Source: an uncultured Verrucomicrobiae bacterium
Lineage (GTDB): Bacteria; Verrucomicrobiota; Verrucomicrobiia; Chthoniobacterales; Chthoniobacteraceae
DNA: 64,000 bases
Assembly: GCA_963769025.1 (NCBI GenBank)
Contig: CAVYKI010000006.1
Location: forward strand, 320,001-384,000
Reading direction: 5' to 3'
The position numbers and the translations under genes are program-made. Below the pieces are notes generated by a model. The model searched no databases, was not told the origin of the DNA, and saw nothing but the letters and a program-made list of their open reading frames with translations. Of the stretch, positions 1-11,074 are shown in pieces (position 1 is the first letter of the stretch; every line of letters begins with the position of its first letter).

Positions 1-1124
1 TCCAGGCCAACGGCGATGAAGCACTCGTGACTGAGTTCGGCGTGACGATCAGCGGATTCGTGATCACGGACAACGAATTCAGCGGCCAGACGTTCGTTGG
101 GCTGACGCCTGGGGACGAGGGATTCACCAATCAATTCACCGCGCCCAATGTCCCGCGCCAGCTAGTGGTCATGGGCGGCGGCAACGGCGGCGGGAATCAC
201 TCGAACATCACGTTCAGCAATAACACCATCACGGGCGTTGCCGGTGGCATCAATGCCTCCAATCAGGAGCAGGGCAATACCCTGGTGACCATCGACGCGA
301 ACGGTGTCACGGCAAGCAACAACGTGTTCCAAGGCACGACCACCCGCCAGGGCGCCAGCCTGCGGGTGAGGGGCCCGAACTCCACCGTCACATTCAATGA
401 CTTCGACGGCGGGAGCCCGATCGGCGTCGTGGTCGGCAACGTCGCGGCGGCGACGTCGCAGGTGAATCACAATCGCATCCTCAACCATCCGCTCGGCGGC
501 GTGATCAACAATGGTGTCATTGCGTTCGTCGATGCCACCTGCAACTGGTGGGGTGCGTCCGACGGTCCCTCGGGTGCTGGCCCAGGATCAGGCGACACCG
601 TCGGCCCGGCGGTGAACTTTTCCTCATGGCTCGTTTCCTCCGACCTCAACGGCCCATGCATCGGGGGCGCCGCGCCGCGCACGGTCAAGCAGGCGCTGGT
701 GACCGATCTGGAGGACCTCCTGCCCACTGGCAACAAGGATGCCGACAAACGCCTCGAAAAGGCCATCAAGGATCTGATCGAGAGCCTCGACAACAAGTAT
801 TGGGCGGACAATTCGCACCTGACCAAGTATGGAAAGAAGGTGTTCGATCGGGAAAAGCAGACCTCGTCGGAACTCTCGAAGATCGGCCTTCCGTTGCCGG
901 TCGTCGCCAATGCCCAGATCGCGCTGATCTACGCAGACCAGCAGCTCGCGCAGATTGCCCTGGACGCGGCGATCACCGGAAACGGCGATGCCAAGAACAT
1001 TGCCAAGGCACAGGAGGATCTGGCCAAGGCTGCGGACTATCTTGGCGAGGGTAAGATCGACAAGGCGATCGAATCCTACGGCAAGGCGTGGGAGGAAGCC
1101 CGCAAAGCGCTGAACCTAAACTAA
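1..1124 (+). CDS. 5'-truncated parallel beta-helix repeat protein with helical C-terminal domain (probably surface or secreted)
   Basis: Frame is open to the window edge; Asn/Gly/Thr-rich beta-helix-like repeats, DATCNWWG motif and amphipathic helical tail; TAA at 1122-1124. Confidence 0.7.
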   Translation, partial: QANGDEALVTEFGVTISGFVITDNEFSGQTFVGLTPGDEGFTNQFTAPNVPRQLVVMGGGNGGGNHSNITFSNNTITGVAGGINASNQEQGNTLVTIDANGVTASNNVFQGTTTRQGASLRVRGPNSTVTFNDFDGGSPIGVVVGNVAAATSQVNHNRILNHPLGGVINNGVIAFVDATCNWWGASDGPSGAGPGSGDTVGPAVNFSSWLVSSDLNGPCIGGAAPRTVKQALVTDLEDLLPTGNKDADKRLEKAIKDLIESLDNKYWADNSHLTKYGKKVFDREKQTSSELSKIGLPLPVVANAQIALIYADQQLAQIALDAAITGNGDAKNIAKAQEDLAKAADYLGEGKIDKAIESYGKAWEEARKALNLN

Positions 1125-1165
1125 GATCACGGGACCGGGGGCAGCCCGGACCGCGACTTGGCGAG

Positions 1166-1204
1166 ACCCTGCCCGGTGATCCCGGGCAGGGTTTTCGTTT
1201 TTTT
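1166..1204 (+). terminator. Intrinsic terminator
   Basis: 11-bp perfect stem ACCCTGCCCGG/CCGGGCAGGGT followed by a T-rich run. Confidence 0.8.
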
Positions 1205-1341
1205 AAGGCTGGGGTTTTGGGAACAGTCCGTTTGGTGTCCGCCCTTCGGCCCACGTGACGCGACTTGGGGGCAGGGGTTGCAAACGCGCGGCGGAAATCG
1301 TTTGCGCAATCCTGTGCAGTCCGCGCTACCCTCGCGTCCCC

Positions 1342-1770
1342 ATGAGATTCCCCGCATGCATTTTCACGCTCTGTCGCGTCGCCGTATGCCTGCTTGCGTC
1401 GCTCGTCGTCGTGCGGGCGGAGCCGGTGAAGAAGGCCTCGGCGGTTCCGGTGGTGAAGGAGGTCATTTATGCGCCGACGGATTTTGCGCGGCTGAAGCCG
1501 AAGGTGAACCGGCGGGTGGTGATCGAGGGGGAGATCGTCGCCACGGGCCGGAGCCGGAGCGGTGCGACGGGTTACCTGAACTTCACGAAAAACTACCGCG
1601 ACTCGGTCTCGCTCGTCTTCCTCGGCGCGTCCGTGGCGAAGGATTTCCCGGAGGAGCGGCTGAAGGGTTTCGTCGGCAAAAGGATCCGTGTCGGCGGGCT
1701 GCTCGAGGAACGCAATGGCGCTTTGCAGATGCGTGTGTTCACTCCGGAGCAGATCAAGGTGCTGCCGTGA
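1342..1770 (+). CDS. Exported OB-fold (nucleic-acid-binding-like) protein
   Basis: Signal-like N-terminus; V-I-E-G-E-I...YLNF...LVF...GKRIRVGG...I pattern typical of small OB folds. Confidence 0.65.
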   Translation: MRFPACIFTLCRVAVCLLASLVVVRAEPVKKASAVPVVKEVIYAPTDFARLKPKVNRRVVIEGEIVATGRSRSGATGYLNFTKNYRDSVSLVFLGASVAKDFPEERLKGFVGKRIRVGGLLEERNGALQMRVFTPEQIKVLP

Positions 1771-1834
1771 ACGCCTGCGCATCCCCGGCGCCGCGCCGAC
1801 CGTTTTGAAAGCCCGCGCGCTCCATCTTTCCCCA

Positions 1835-2806
1835 ATGAAAAAACCGCTCATCCTCCTCGCCCTCCTTGCCACCCAAGCCCAGGCGTGGGATGCCGGCGGG
1901 CACATGCTCGTCGGCGAGATCGCGTGGGAGCTGTCCACTCCGGCGACGCGCAAGGCGGTGAACGAAATGGTGGCGACGCTCGACACCAAATTCAACGCGG
2001 GGCAGCCGTACAATTTCGTGACGGTGTCGTGCTGGATGGACGATCTGCGCTCGCTGCCGAGGAAGGATTATCCGTGGTCCGCGTGGCATTACGTGGACAT
2101 CGCAAAGACTGACGACGGGAAGGCATTCAAGCTGCCCGAGCCGCCGCACATCGTCTGGGCGATCGGTGAGAATCTGAAGACGCTGCGCGAAAAGCGTGCG
2201 CCCGCCGACGAGCGCGCGAAGGCGCTGGGCATGCTCTTTCACTGGATCGGCGACATCCACCAGCCGCTGCACACGACGACTTGGAACGATCGCGGCGGCA
2301 ACGGCTACCTGATCTCCGGCGTGTATTTCAGCGACCTGTTGCCCGGGATGGTCGCAAACCTGCACACGTTTTGGGACAAGGCGTACCGCTTTGACGTGCG
2401 CGACGGGATGGTGGCCGAACTGTGGGCGGTGGCGAAGCCGGGCGAACGGCCGAAGCCCGGCGAAGGGATCATCGCCGAGGAGGCGAAGGAGCTGATGAAG
2501 CGCTTCCCGCGCGCCACGCTCACGGAACTCGCGCAGGCCGGAAACGAAACAAGCCGCCCACTTCCTTCAACGCCGCTGGCGGCGAATGCGGAGGCTTGGG
2601 CGAGGGAGAGCCACGTCATCGGCTGCAAGAGCGCGTATCCGCCGGGACCGCATCCGGAGAACACCGGGGCGCCGCGGATTTCGCCGGAATTTGCACACGC
2701 CGCGTACGAGATTGCGGGCCGACGGGTGGCGATCGCGGGCTACCGGCTGGCCGTTGTGCTGAACGGGCTTTTCGACGGCAAAAAGCAGGGTGCCGTTGGA
2801 GACTAA
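1835..2806 (+). CDS. S1/P1 nuclease, secreted
   Basis: Signal peptide then WDAGGH, WHYVD, HWIGDIHQPLH, DRGGN and NLHTFWD motifs. Confidence 0.92.
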   Translation: MKKPLILLALLATQAQAWDAGGHMLVGEIAWELSTPATRKAVNEMVATLDTKFNAGQPYNFVTVSCWMDDLRSLPRKDYPWSAWHYVDIAKTDDGKAFKLPEPPHIVWAIGENLKTLREKRAPADERAKALGMLFHWIGDIHQPLHTTTWNDRGGNGYLISGVYFSDLLPGMVANLHTFWDKAYRFDVRDGMVAELWAVAKPGERPKPGEGIIAEEAKELMKRFPRATLTELAQAGNETSRPLPSTPLAANAEAWARESHVIGCKSAYPPGPHPENTGAPRISPEFAHAAYEIAGRRVAIAGYRLAVVLNGLFDGKKQGAVGD

Positions 2807-2842
2807 GCGCGCCATCTTACCGCGGTAATTCTGCCGAGCACC

Positions 2843-5800
2843 ATGTTCGCCCGATTCCTCATCCTGTCTGCGGTCAGCGGAAGCCTCGCATTTGCCGGGG
2901 AGATTGATTTCAGCCGGGACATCCAGCCGATCCTCTCGGAGAACTGCTACCACTGCCACGGGCCGGATGTGAATGCGCGCAAGGCGGAGCTGCGGCTGGA
3001 CACGAGGGAAGGTGCGATGCGGAGCGAGGACGGTGTGACGGTGGTGAAGCCGGGGGACAGCAAGGGCAGCGAGCTGATCGCGCGCATTTTCACAACGGAT
3101 GAGGATGACGTGATGCCGCCGCCAAAATCCAACCGCGTGCTGACGCCTGCGCAGAAGGAATTGCTGCGCCGGTGGGTGGACGAGGGGGCGAAGTGGGGTG
3201 AGCACTGGGCGTTCGTGGCGCCGAAGCGGCCGGCGGTGCCGGGGAATGGGGAGTGGGGAGCGCGGATTGCGGATTGGGAAACGCGCGAGCCGGCGCTCGG
3301 TGCGGGCCTGAGCGCACGGCAGACGGCGCTCGAAAAATGGGGGAAGAATCCGATCGACCGTTTCATTCTGGACCGGCTGCTCGCCGAAGGACTCGCGCCT
3401 TCGCCGGAAGCGCCGAGGGAAAAGCTGCTGCGCCGTGTGACGCTTCGACCTCACCGGGCTGCCGCCGACGCCGGAGGAGCTGGACGCCTTTCTCGCGGAC
3501 CAAGTCGCCGGATGCGTACGAGCGCGCGGTGGATCGGCTGCTCGCGTCGCCGCGCTACGGCGAGCGGATGGTGTGGGAATGGCTGGAGGCGGCGCGCTAC
3601 GCGGACACGAACGGCTACCAGGGCGACCCGACGCGCCCGATGTGGTACTGGCGCGACTGGGCGATCGGGGCGTTCAACGCGAACATGCCGTTCGACCAGT
3701 TCACCATCGAGCAGATCGCGGGCGACCTGCTGCCGGAGCCGAAGCACGAGCAGCTCGTGGCGACGGGCTTTCACCGCAACCACATGATCAACGGCGAGGG
3801 CGGGCGCATCGCGGAGGAGTCGCGCGTGGACTACGTGCAGGATCGCGTGGAGACGACCGGCACGGTGTGGCTGGGGCTCACGTTCAACTGCTGCCGCTGC
3901 CACGACCACAAGTTCGATCCGTTCTCGCAGCGCGAGTACTACCAGCTCTCCGCGTATTTCAACTCGATCGACGAAACCGGCGCGAACGACGCGGGCGGGC
4001 TGGCGAAGCCGATCATCAGCTTCGCCTCGGACGAGCAGCAGAGGAAGGTGGCGGAACTGGAGCAGAAGGAAAAGGATGCGGCGAAGGAGCGGGCGATCAT
4101 CGAGAAGCGCGTGCGCTCGGAACAGTCGGCGCTGGAAAAGACGCTGCTCGCGGGCACCGGCTCCGGCGCGCTGCCCGAGGTGAAATGGCAGCCGCTCACG
4201 CCGGACGAAATTTACAGCGCAAACGGCTCGGTGCTGACGAAGCTGGAAGACGGTTCCATTCGCGCCAGCGGACCAAGCCCGAAGACTGACGATTACAACG
4301 TGACGATCCACACGACGCTGGGCGGCATCACCGCGTTCAAGCTGGAGGCGCTGCCGGATGATTCGCTGATCAACAAGGGGCCGGGGCGATCGGACAACGG
4401 CAACTTTGTGCTGACCGAGGTGTCGCTGCAGGACGGCGGCGCGCCGGTCGTGCTGCGCGGCGTGAGCGTGGATTTCGCGCAGGGCGGCTTTTCCGCCGAG
4501 GGGCCATTTGACGGGAGCAAGAAGGGCTGGGCGATCATGCCGCAGTTCGGAAAGGCGCACGCGCTCGTCTTCGCGACCGACAAGCCGCTGCCGAGCGGCG
4601 GCGAACGTGCGCTTGGGTTCCGGTTTTCGTTTCAATTCGGGCGCGAGCACACGCTCGGGCGTTTCCGGCTTTCCGCGACGACGGACAATCCCGCGCTGCT
4701 GCGTCCCGTGCCGGATTCGATCCGCCGCATCGCCGCGAAAGCTCCTGCCGAGCGCAGCGCGAAGGAACTCGCGGAACTCACCGCGTTCCAGAGCGACACG
4801 AATCCGGAATTGAGCGCGGCGACGAAGGCGGTGGATCGTGCGAAGAAGGCGCGGGCTGATTTTGAAAAGACGCTACCGCGCACGATGGTCATGCGCGAGC
4901 GCCCGCAGCCGCGCGACACGTTCATCCTCGTGAAGGGCGCCTACAATCAGTTCGCGGACAAGGTGGAGCACGGCGTCCCGGCGAAACTGCCTCCGCTGCC
5001 CGCCGACGCTCCGAAGAGCAGGCTCGCGCTCGCGCGCTGGCTCGTCGCGCCGGAGAATCCGCTCACCGCGCGCGTCACGGTGAACCGGCTGTGGCAGCAG
5101 TTTTTTGGCACGGGCATCGTGAAGACGGCGGACAATTTCGGCGTGCAGAGCGATGCGCCGTCGCATCCCGCGCTGCTCGACTGGCTCGCGGTCGAGTTCC
5201 GTGAGAGCGGGTGGGATGTGAAGCACATGGTCCGGCTTTTCGTCACGAGCGCGACCTACCGGCAGAGCTCACGTGTCGCGCCGGGAATGGCGGAGCGCGA
5301 CCCGGAAAACAGGCTGCTCGCGCGAGGTCCGCGCGGCCGGCTGCCGAGTTGGATGCTGCGCGATGAGGCGCTCGCCGTGTCGGGATTGCTCGTGGAAAAG
5401 ACGGGTGGGCCGCCGGTGAAATCCTACCAGCCGCCGGGAGTGTGGGAGGAGGCGACCTTCGGGAAAATCGGCTTCACGCAGGACCACGGCGACGCGCTTT
5501 ATCGCCGGAGCCTCTACATTTTCTGGCGGCGCATCGTCGCACCCACGATGTTCTTCGACGTGGCGAACCGGCAGAATTGCACGGTGAAAACCGGACGTAC
5601 GAATACGCCGCTGCACGCGCTGATCACGATGAATGACATCACGTTCGTCGAGGCCGCGCGCGCGCTCGCGCAGCGCACGCTGCTCGCGCCGGGCGATGAC
5701 GCCTCGCGCATCGCCTCGATGTTCCGCCGCTGCACCGCACGGCTGCCCACCGTGGAGGAGAGTCGCGTGCTGGGTGAGCGGCTCCGCATTTTGCGCGAGA

Positions 5801-5949
5801 CGTACCGGCAGGAGGCGGACGCCGCAGAGAAGTTGCTCGCCGTCGGCGAGAGCAAGCCGGACGCGTCGCTGGCTGCTGCCGAGCTCGCGGCGTGGACGGG
5901 CCTCGCCACCGTCGCGCTGAATCTCGACGAAACGCTGAGCAACGAATGA
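2843..5949 (+). CDS. PSCyt1/DUF1549 (PSCyt2)/DUF1553 (PSD1) planctomycete cytochrome c domain protein; two apparent +1 frameshifts near 3445 and 3501
   Basis: DFSRDIQPILSENCYHCHG, WLEAARYADTNGY, CCRCHDHKFDP, NPLTARVTVNRLWQ and HPALLDWLA motifs split over ORFs 2843-3787 and 3253-5949. Confidence 0.9.
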
Positions 5950-6680
5950 ACGGCGGGGCGCGCGGTTTAGTGGCGAGGCGAATCCCGGCGTGGACATCCG
6001 CCGTCGCGCTGATTCTCAATGCGCTCCCATTGATGAACGGAACAGACGCCACCGCACAGCCCGCCGGGCCGGATCGTGTCGCGGCGGCGCGGCAGCGATG
6101 CGGGGAGGCGCTGCGCGCCACGTTTGAAAAGGCGGGCGTGCGCTGGCCTGCGGACGAGGTTTTCCTGCGGGCGATGAAGCGCGAGGGCGAACTGGAACTG
6201 TGGGCGAGGAACGGGGCGGGGGAGGCGTTCGTCCTCGTGAAGAGCCTGCGCATCACCGCGCAGTCCGGCGGCCCCGGGCCGAAACGGCGCGAGGGCGACA
6301 TGCAGGTGCCCGAGGGATTTTACGAGGTGGATCGGTTCAATCCACGCAGCAACTTTCACCTCTCGCTCGGCATCAATTACCCGAACGCGAGCGACCGGCT
6401 CCGCGGCGATCCGGTCAGGCCGGGCTTCGACATTTTCATCCACGGCGGAAATGTAAGCATCGGGTGCCTCGCGCTTGGCGATCCCGGCATCGAGCAGGTG
6501 TACCTCGCGGCGCTCGACAGCCGTGCGCGTCCGGTCCGCGTGCAAATTTTCCCCGCGCGGATGGATTCCGGGGACTGGCCTTCGTGGCGCGATGCGCAAC
6601 TGTCGGCGCATCCCGAGTTTCGCGAGCTTTGGGATGAACTCGCCGGGGCGTGGGCCCGCTTCCAGCGTGAGCGTCGCTGA
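5946..6680 (+). CDS. L,D-transpeptidase family (YkuD-like) protein
   Basis: GPKRREGDMQVPEGFY, HLSLGINYPN and IFIHGG..SIGC motifs; ATGA overlap with the upstream stop. Confidence 0.85.
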   Translation: MNGGARGLVARRIPAWTSAVALILNALPLMNGTDATAQPAGPDRVAAARQRCGEALRATFEKAGVRWPADEVFLRAMKREGELELWARNGAGEAFVLVKSLRITAQSGGPGPKRREGDMQVPEGFYEVDRFNPRSNFHLSLGINYPNASDRLRGDPVRPGFDIFIHGGNVSIGCLALGDPGIEQVYLAALDSRARPVRVQIFPARMDSGDWPSWRDAQLSAHPEFRELWDELAGAWARFQRERR

Positions 6681-6773
6681 TTTCTGGAAACCTCGCGTTT
6701 GGGACGGCGCGAGAAGGCATTTGCTAGGCGCGGAGGATTCCGCTACCGTGTCTCCCCGCTTCAAGAACCACCT

Positions 6774-9245
6774 ATGCGCCGTACGCTCGCCATCGTTTTA
6801 TTCATCGCCGGAATTTCCTTCGCATCGCTCCCCGTTGGCGCGCAAGGAATCGAGGCTGCACAACAGCAGTTTGTTGAAGCTTTTCTCAGTGTGCGCAAGG
6901 GCGAGGATCAGGAAAAGGCGGGCGATTTGAAGGCCGCGCTGGCGACTTTCCGCACCGCGGCGGCGACGCTGGCGAGAATCAAGCAGGACTACCCGAGTTG
7001 GCAGGCGGACCTGCTGGATTTCCGGCTCAAGCGCACGATGGAAGCGCTCGATCGCGTGCAGGGGAAAATGGGCGGCGGTGTGGGCACCGCGATGAAACCG
7101 GGTGCGAATGATCCCGGATTGCTGCCCCCGCTGATTCCCGAGGATCCCTTGGACCCCGGAGCGAGTGCGCCTTTGCCGCCGATTCCGAAAGGCAAGGGAG
7201 TGAGGCCCGCTCCTCCCATCGATGACTCGGATCCGCTCGCCGGGGTGAAGCAGCGGCTTGCAGCCTTGGAATCGCAACTGAACGACGCCAACGATCGCCT
7301 GCGCGAGGAGCAGGAGAGGAACGCGAAGCTCACGAAGGACATGACCGACGCGATCGATTCCCGGGCGAAAGCCGAGGAAGCCCGCAAGAAGGCGCTGAGC
7401 CTCTCGGAAGTATACCAGAAGAGCTTCCTGGAGCTGAAGGCGAAGGGCGACGCGAACGGCGAACGCGCGAAGGAACTCGAGGCGAAGCTGGCGGATGCAA
7501 ACCGCACGGCGCTGGACACCCAGGCCGACCTGGCCGCGGCGGAAGAGCGCATCAGCCAGTTGCTCGGGCGCTCGCGTGCGATGCAGGCGAAGGCCGCGGA
7601 GGCCGGCACGCTGCCGGCGCAGGTGAAGACTCTCCAGGCGAAGCTGGATGCCGAGCAGAAGGCGACCGCCGAGCAGGCCGAGGGGGCGAAGAAGCGGGAG
7701 GCGGACTTGAAGGGCCAGATCGCGGCACTCAACAAGGAGCGGATCGACACCGGAAAGATGCCGGCCGATTTGAAGGCATTGCAGGCGAAACTCGAAGCCG
7801 AGCAAAAGGCGACCGCGAGCGAAGCCGCGAAGGCGAAGCAGCGTGAGGAGGACCTGAAGGGGCAGATCGCCTCGCTCACCAAGGAGCGGAACGACGCCCG
7901 CGAGGAGCTTGTCCGCCTGCGCGAGCTGAACAAGCAGACCGACAAGCTGATGGCGGACAACGCGAGCCTCCTGAAAAAGCTCGGCGATGCCGAAAAGCAG
8001 ATCCTCACTTTCAAGTCCACCGGCGGCTCGCGCGACACGGAGCTCGCGGCATTGCGGAAGCAGGTCACGGACACGCAGAAGGCGCTCACTTCGTCGGACG
8101 AGAAGAACTCCACGCTGCAGCTGGAAATCGGCGAACTGCAGAAGAAGGTGGGCGACTACTCGAAGCAGATTGCGCAGTTCAAGGCCGACAAGACGGCGAG
8201 CCTTGAGGAGCGCAAAAAGATGGAGGCCGAAAACGGGCTCCTCCAGGGAATCGTCATGCGGGTGCTGCAGGAGGACGCGAACCGTGCGCAGCGGAAAAAG
8301 ATGATCCAGAGCGAAATCGGCAAGCTGCACATCCAGTCCGACGCGCTGCTGAAGCAGATCAACTATCTCACGGAGCCGACGATCAAGCTCACCACCGCGG
8401 AGCGGAAGCTTTTCAAGAAGCCGGTCTTTGACGTGCAGGATCCGAACGCGCTCGTGGCCGTGAAGACGGACGTGCCGCCGGGCACCGAACCGCCCGCGAC
8501 GGCACCGGAGGTGACACCCGCGCCGACACCGCCGACGGCGCCCGCCGAAACGGCGAAGAGCGACGCGCCGCCCGTCCTGAAGTCGAAGGTGGGCGATGAT
8601 TTGCCGGTGAAGGATCCGGTCGATTCGAAACGCCCTGAGGTCGGAGCGACTCCGGCCGTCACGAGCACTTCGGGCGCAAAGCTCCCGGCGGAGGTGAAGC
8701 CGCTCGCCGAGCAGGCGAAGCAGGCCTTTGAACGCGAGAAATTCTCGGATTCCGAGAAGCTCTACGACAAGGCGCTCCAGATGGCGCCCAACAATGTCTA
8801 TCTCCTCTCAAACCGCGCGGTCGTGCAGTTCCGCATGGGCAAGTTCAAGCAGGCCGAGGAGAGCTTCAAGAAGGCGCTGTCCATCGCGCCGGAGGACGCC
8901 TTTTGCTGGTCCACGATCGGCATCGTCTATTACAGCGAGGAAAAATACGACGAGGCGGTGAACGCGCTGACCAAGTCGCTGGCCATCAATCCGAGGAACC
9001 CGACGGCGCACAATTATCTCGGCATCACCGCCGCGCAGAAAGGCTGGCTGGAGGCCGCGCAGAAGGAACTCGAGAGCGCGATCCAACTCGACCCGAAATA
9101 CGCCGACGCGTGGTTCAACCTCGCCGTCACGCACACGCTCAAGACCCCGCCGGACAAGGAAGAGGCTGCGAAGGCCTACAAGAAGGCCGTCGAGCTTGGC
9201 GCCGAGCACGACCCGGCGATGGAAGCGCTGGTCACCAACAAGTAG
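6774..9245 (+). CDS. Exported coiled-coil protein with C-terminal TPR repeats
   Basis: Signal peptide, long heptad-rich region, Pro-rich linker and several TPR motifs. Confidence 0.85.
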   Translation: MRRTLAIVLFIAGISFASLPVGAQGIEAAQQQFVEAFLSVRKGEDQEKAGDLKAALATFRTAAATLARIKQDYPSWQADLLDFRLKRTMEALDRVQGKMGGGVGTAMKPGANDPGLLPPLIPEDPLDPGASAPLPPIPKGKGVRPAPPIDDSDPLAGVKQRLAALESQLNDANDRLREEQERNAKLTKDMTDAIDSRAKAEEARKKALSLSEVYQKSFLELKAKGDANGERAKELEAKLADANRTALDTQADLAAAEERISQLLGRSRAMQAKAAEAGTLPAQVKTLQAKLDAEQKATAEQAEGAKKREADLKGQIAALNKERIDTGKMPADLKALQAKLEAEQKATASEAAKAKQREEDLKGQIASLTKERNDAREELVRLRELNKQTDKLMADNASLLKKLGDAEKQILTFKSTGGSRDTELAALRKQVTDTQKALTSSDEKNSTLQLEIGELQKKVGDYSKQIAQFKADKTASLEERKKMEAENGLLQGIVMRVLQEDANRAQRKKMIQSEIGKLHIQSDALLKQINYLTEPTIKLTTAERKLFKKPVFDVQDPNALVAVKTDVPPGTEPPATAPEVTPAPTPPTAPAETAKSDAPPVLKSKVGDDLPVKDPVDSKRPEVGATPAVTSTSGAKLPAEVKPLAEQAKQAFEREKFSDSEKLYDKALQMAPNNVYLLSNRAVVQFRMGKFKQAEESFKKALSIAPEDAFCWSTIGIVYYSEEKYDEAVNALTKSLAINPRNPTAHNYLGITAAQKGWLEAAQKELESAIQLDPKYADAWFNLAVTHTLKTPPDKEEAAKAYKKAVELGAEHDPAMEALVTNK

Positions 9246-9278
9246 GCCGGCCGGCTTTTTTGCCGGCGCGACGGCGCG

Positions 9279-10163
9279 CTATTTCCGCGGGACTTCGCGC
9301 CCGAGGCGTTTGAGGACGGCAATCATGTCTTCCCAGACGAGGCGCTTGTTTGCAACTTGCTCGCTCGTCGGGCGGATGAGGAAAGACGGATGAAACGTCG
9401 GCATCACCGGGATGCCGTGAAACTCCTGCCATGTGCCGCGCATCCGCGTGATGCCCGCCTTTGGAATGCCGAGGAGTCCCTCGACCGCCGTCGCGCCCAG
9501 CGCGACGATGACCTTTGGCTGGATGATCTCGATCTGCTGGAGCAGGTAGGGCTTGCAGACATCCATCTCCTCGTGGGTCGGCTTGCGGTTTCCGGATTCG
9601 CCGGGCGGCGTGTTCGGACGGCACTTGAGGACGTTCGCGATGTAAACATCCGACCTGCGAAATCCCATGGCATCGATGATTTTGGTGAGCAATTGCCCGG
9701 CCCTGCCGACGAAGGGCTCGCCGACGAGATCCTCGTCCGCGCCCGGCGCTTCGCCGACGAACATCAGTTCCGCATCGGGATTTCCGACGCCGAAGACGAC
9801 TTGGGTCCGTGATTCCACGAGGTGCGGGCATTTGGTGCAGGCGAGCACCGGGCCGCGGAGGGCGGCCAGCTTCGCGGCTTTTTCAGCGCTGCTGTGCGGA
9901 GTTTTCGCGGGCGATGCCTGTGGTCGCGGACGTTCGTCGGTGGCTGGCTTGGCGAGTTGGACTGCAGCCGAGAGCTTCCCCTGCTTCTCGGCCGGAGTGG
10001 AATTCGCGGGCGCTTCGTCGCTCCGCGGCGCCGCGGTTGTCTGCTTGGCGGGGGCCGAGCTGCGGAGGCGGTTGCAGGAATCGAGCGACGCGCGCAGGCG
10101 GGTGCCGTTCGCCTGCATCTGTTTCAGCGCGTTTAAAACGAGATCGGTGGGTTGGTCGCTCAT
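9279..10163 (-). CDS. Uracil-DNA glycosylase family 4 (Fe-S)
   Basis: CTKCPHL, VGEAPG, PFVGRAGQLL, NVLKCRP and TFHPS motifs. Confidence 0.93.
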   Translation of the reverse strand: MSDQPTDLVLNALKQMQANGTRLRASLDSCNRLRSSAPAKQTTAAPRSDEAPANSTPAEKQGKLSAAVQLAKPATDERPRPQASPAKTPHSSAEKAAKLAALRGPVLACTKCPHLVESRTQVVFGVGNPDAELMFVGEAPGADEDLVGEPFVGRAGQLLTKIIDAMGFRRSDVYIANVLKCRPNTPPGESGNRKPTHEEMDVCKPYLLQQIEIIQPKVIVALGATAVEGLLGIPKAGITRMRGTWQEFHGIPVMPTFHPSFLIRPTSEQVANKRLVWEDMIAVLKRLGREVPRK

Positions 10164-11074
10164 CGGAGATCCGCCGGCACTCCGGCGGCGATGAAATCGG
10201 GCGGTATCGGTGCGATGAAGTCGAGGGGATTTCCCGTGCGCGGGTGGGCAAAGCCGAGCTTCCACGCATGGAGCATCTGCCGCTCAAATCCCGCGCGCTT
10301 GCCGTACACTTCGTCGCCGACCACGGGATGGCCGAGGTGCTTGAGGTGGACGCGAATCTGGTGCGTGCGGCCTGTGTGCAGCGTGCACTGCACGAGCGTC
10401 CCGCACGGGAGCGAGGCGAGCACGAGCCAGTCGGTCATGGCGTCGCGCCCGCCGCCGCGAAGGAGCACACCCATCTTTTGCCGGTACACAGGATGGCGTC
10501 CGAGGGGGACGTTGATGGTGCCCTTTGCTTTCTTCAAAGTGCCCGTCGCAATCGCGAGGTAGATTTTCCGCACTTCGCGTCCGGCGAACTGCTCGGTGAG
10601 CGACTGGTGCGCGAGGTCGTTCTTCGCCGCGACGAGACAGCCGCTCGTCTCCTTGTCGAGCCGGTGCACGATGCCCGGGCGTTCGACGCCGCCGATGCCG
10701 CTGAGCTCCGTGCAGTGGTGCAGGAGTGCGTTCACCAGCGTGCCGCCTGCGTGCCCCGGCGCGGGATGCACGACGAGCCCCGCGGGCTTGTTGATGACGA
10801 TGAGATCGTCGTCCTCGTACAGGATTTCGAGCGCGATGTCCTCGGGCAGATTTTCTGAGGAGACCGCGGCCGGCACGGTGAGGACGATGCGCTCGCCGCC
10901 GCGGATCTTGCACGAGCGCAGCTTGGGCTGTTCATCCACGAAGACGTGACCTTCCTCCATGAGCGCCTGGATGCGCGAACGAGACAGATCGCCGATGCGC
11001 GCCGCGAGAAATTGATCCAGCCGCGTGCCCGCATCGACGGGCTCCGCAAGGAATTCGAACCGGTTTTCGATCAC
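10160..11074 (-). CDS. rluD: RluA/RluD-family pseudouridine synthase with S4 domain
   Basis: RLDQFLA S4 domain, INKPAGLVVHP, HRLDKETSG and TGRTHQIRVH; GTG start overlaps the upstream stop. Confidence 0.88.
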   Translation of the reverse strand: MIENRFEFLAEPVDAGTRLDQFLAARIGDLSRSRIQALMEEGHVFVDEQPKLRSCKIRGGERIVLTVPAAVSSENLPEDIALEILYEDDDLIVINKPAGLVVHPAPGHAGGTLVNALLHHCTELSGIGGVERPGIVHRLDKETSGCLVAAKNDLAHQSLTEQFAGREVRKIYLAIATGTLKKAKGTINVPLGRHPVYRQKMGVLLRGGGRDAMTDWLVLASLPCGTLVQCTLHTGRTHQIRVHLKHLGHPVVGDEVYGKRAGFERQMLHAWKLGFAHPRTGNPLDFIAPIPPDFIAAGVPADLR

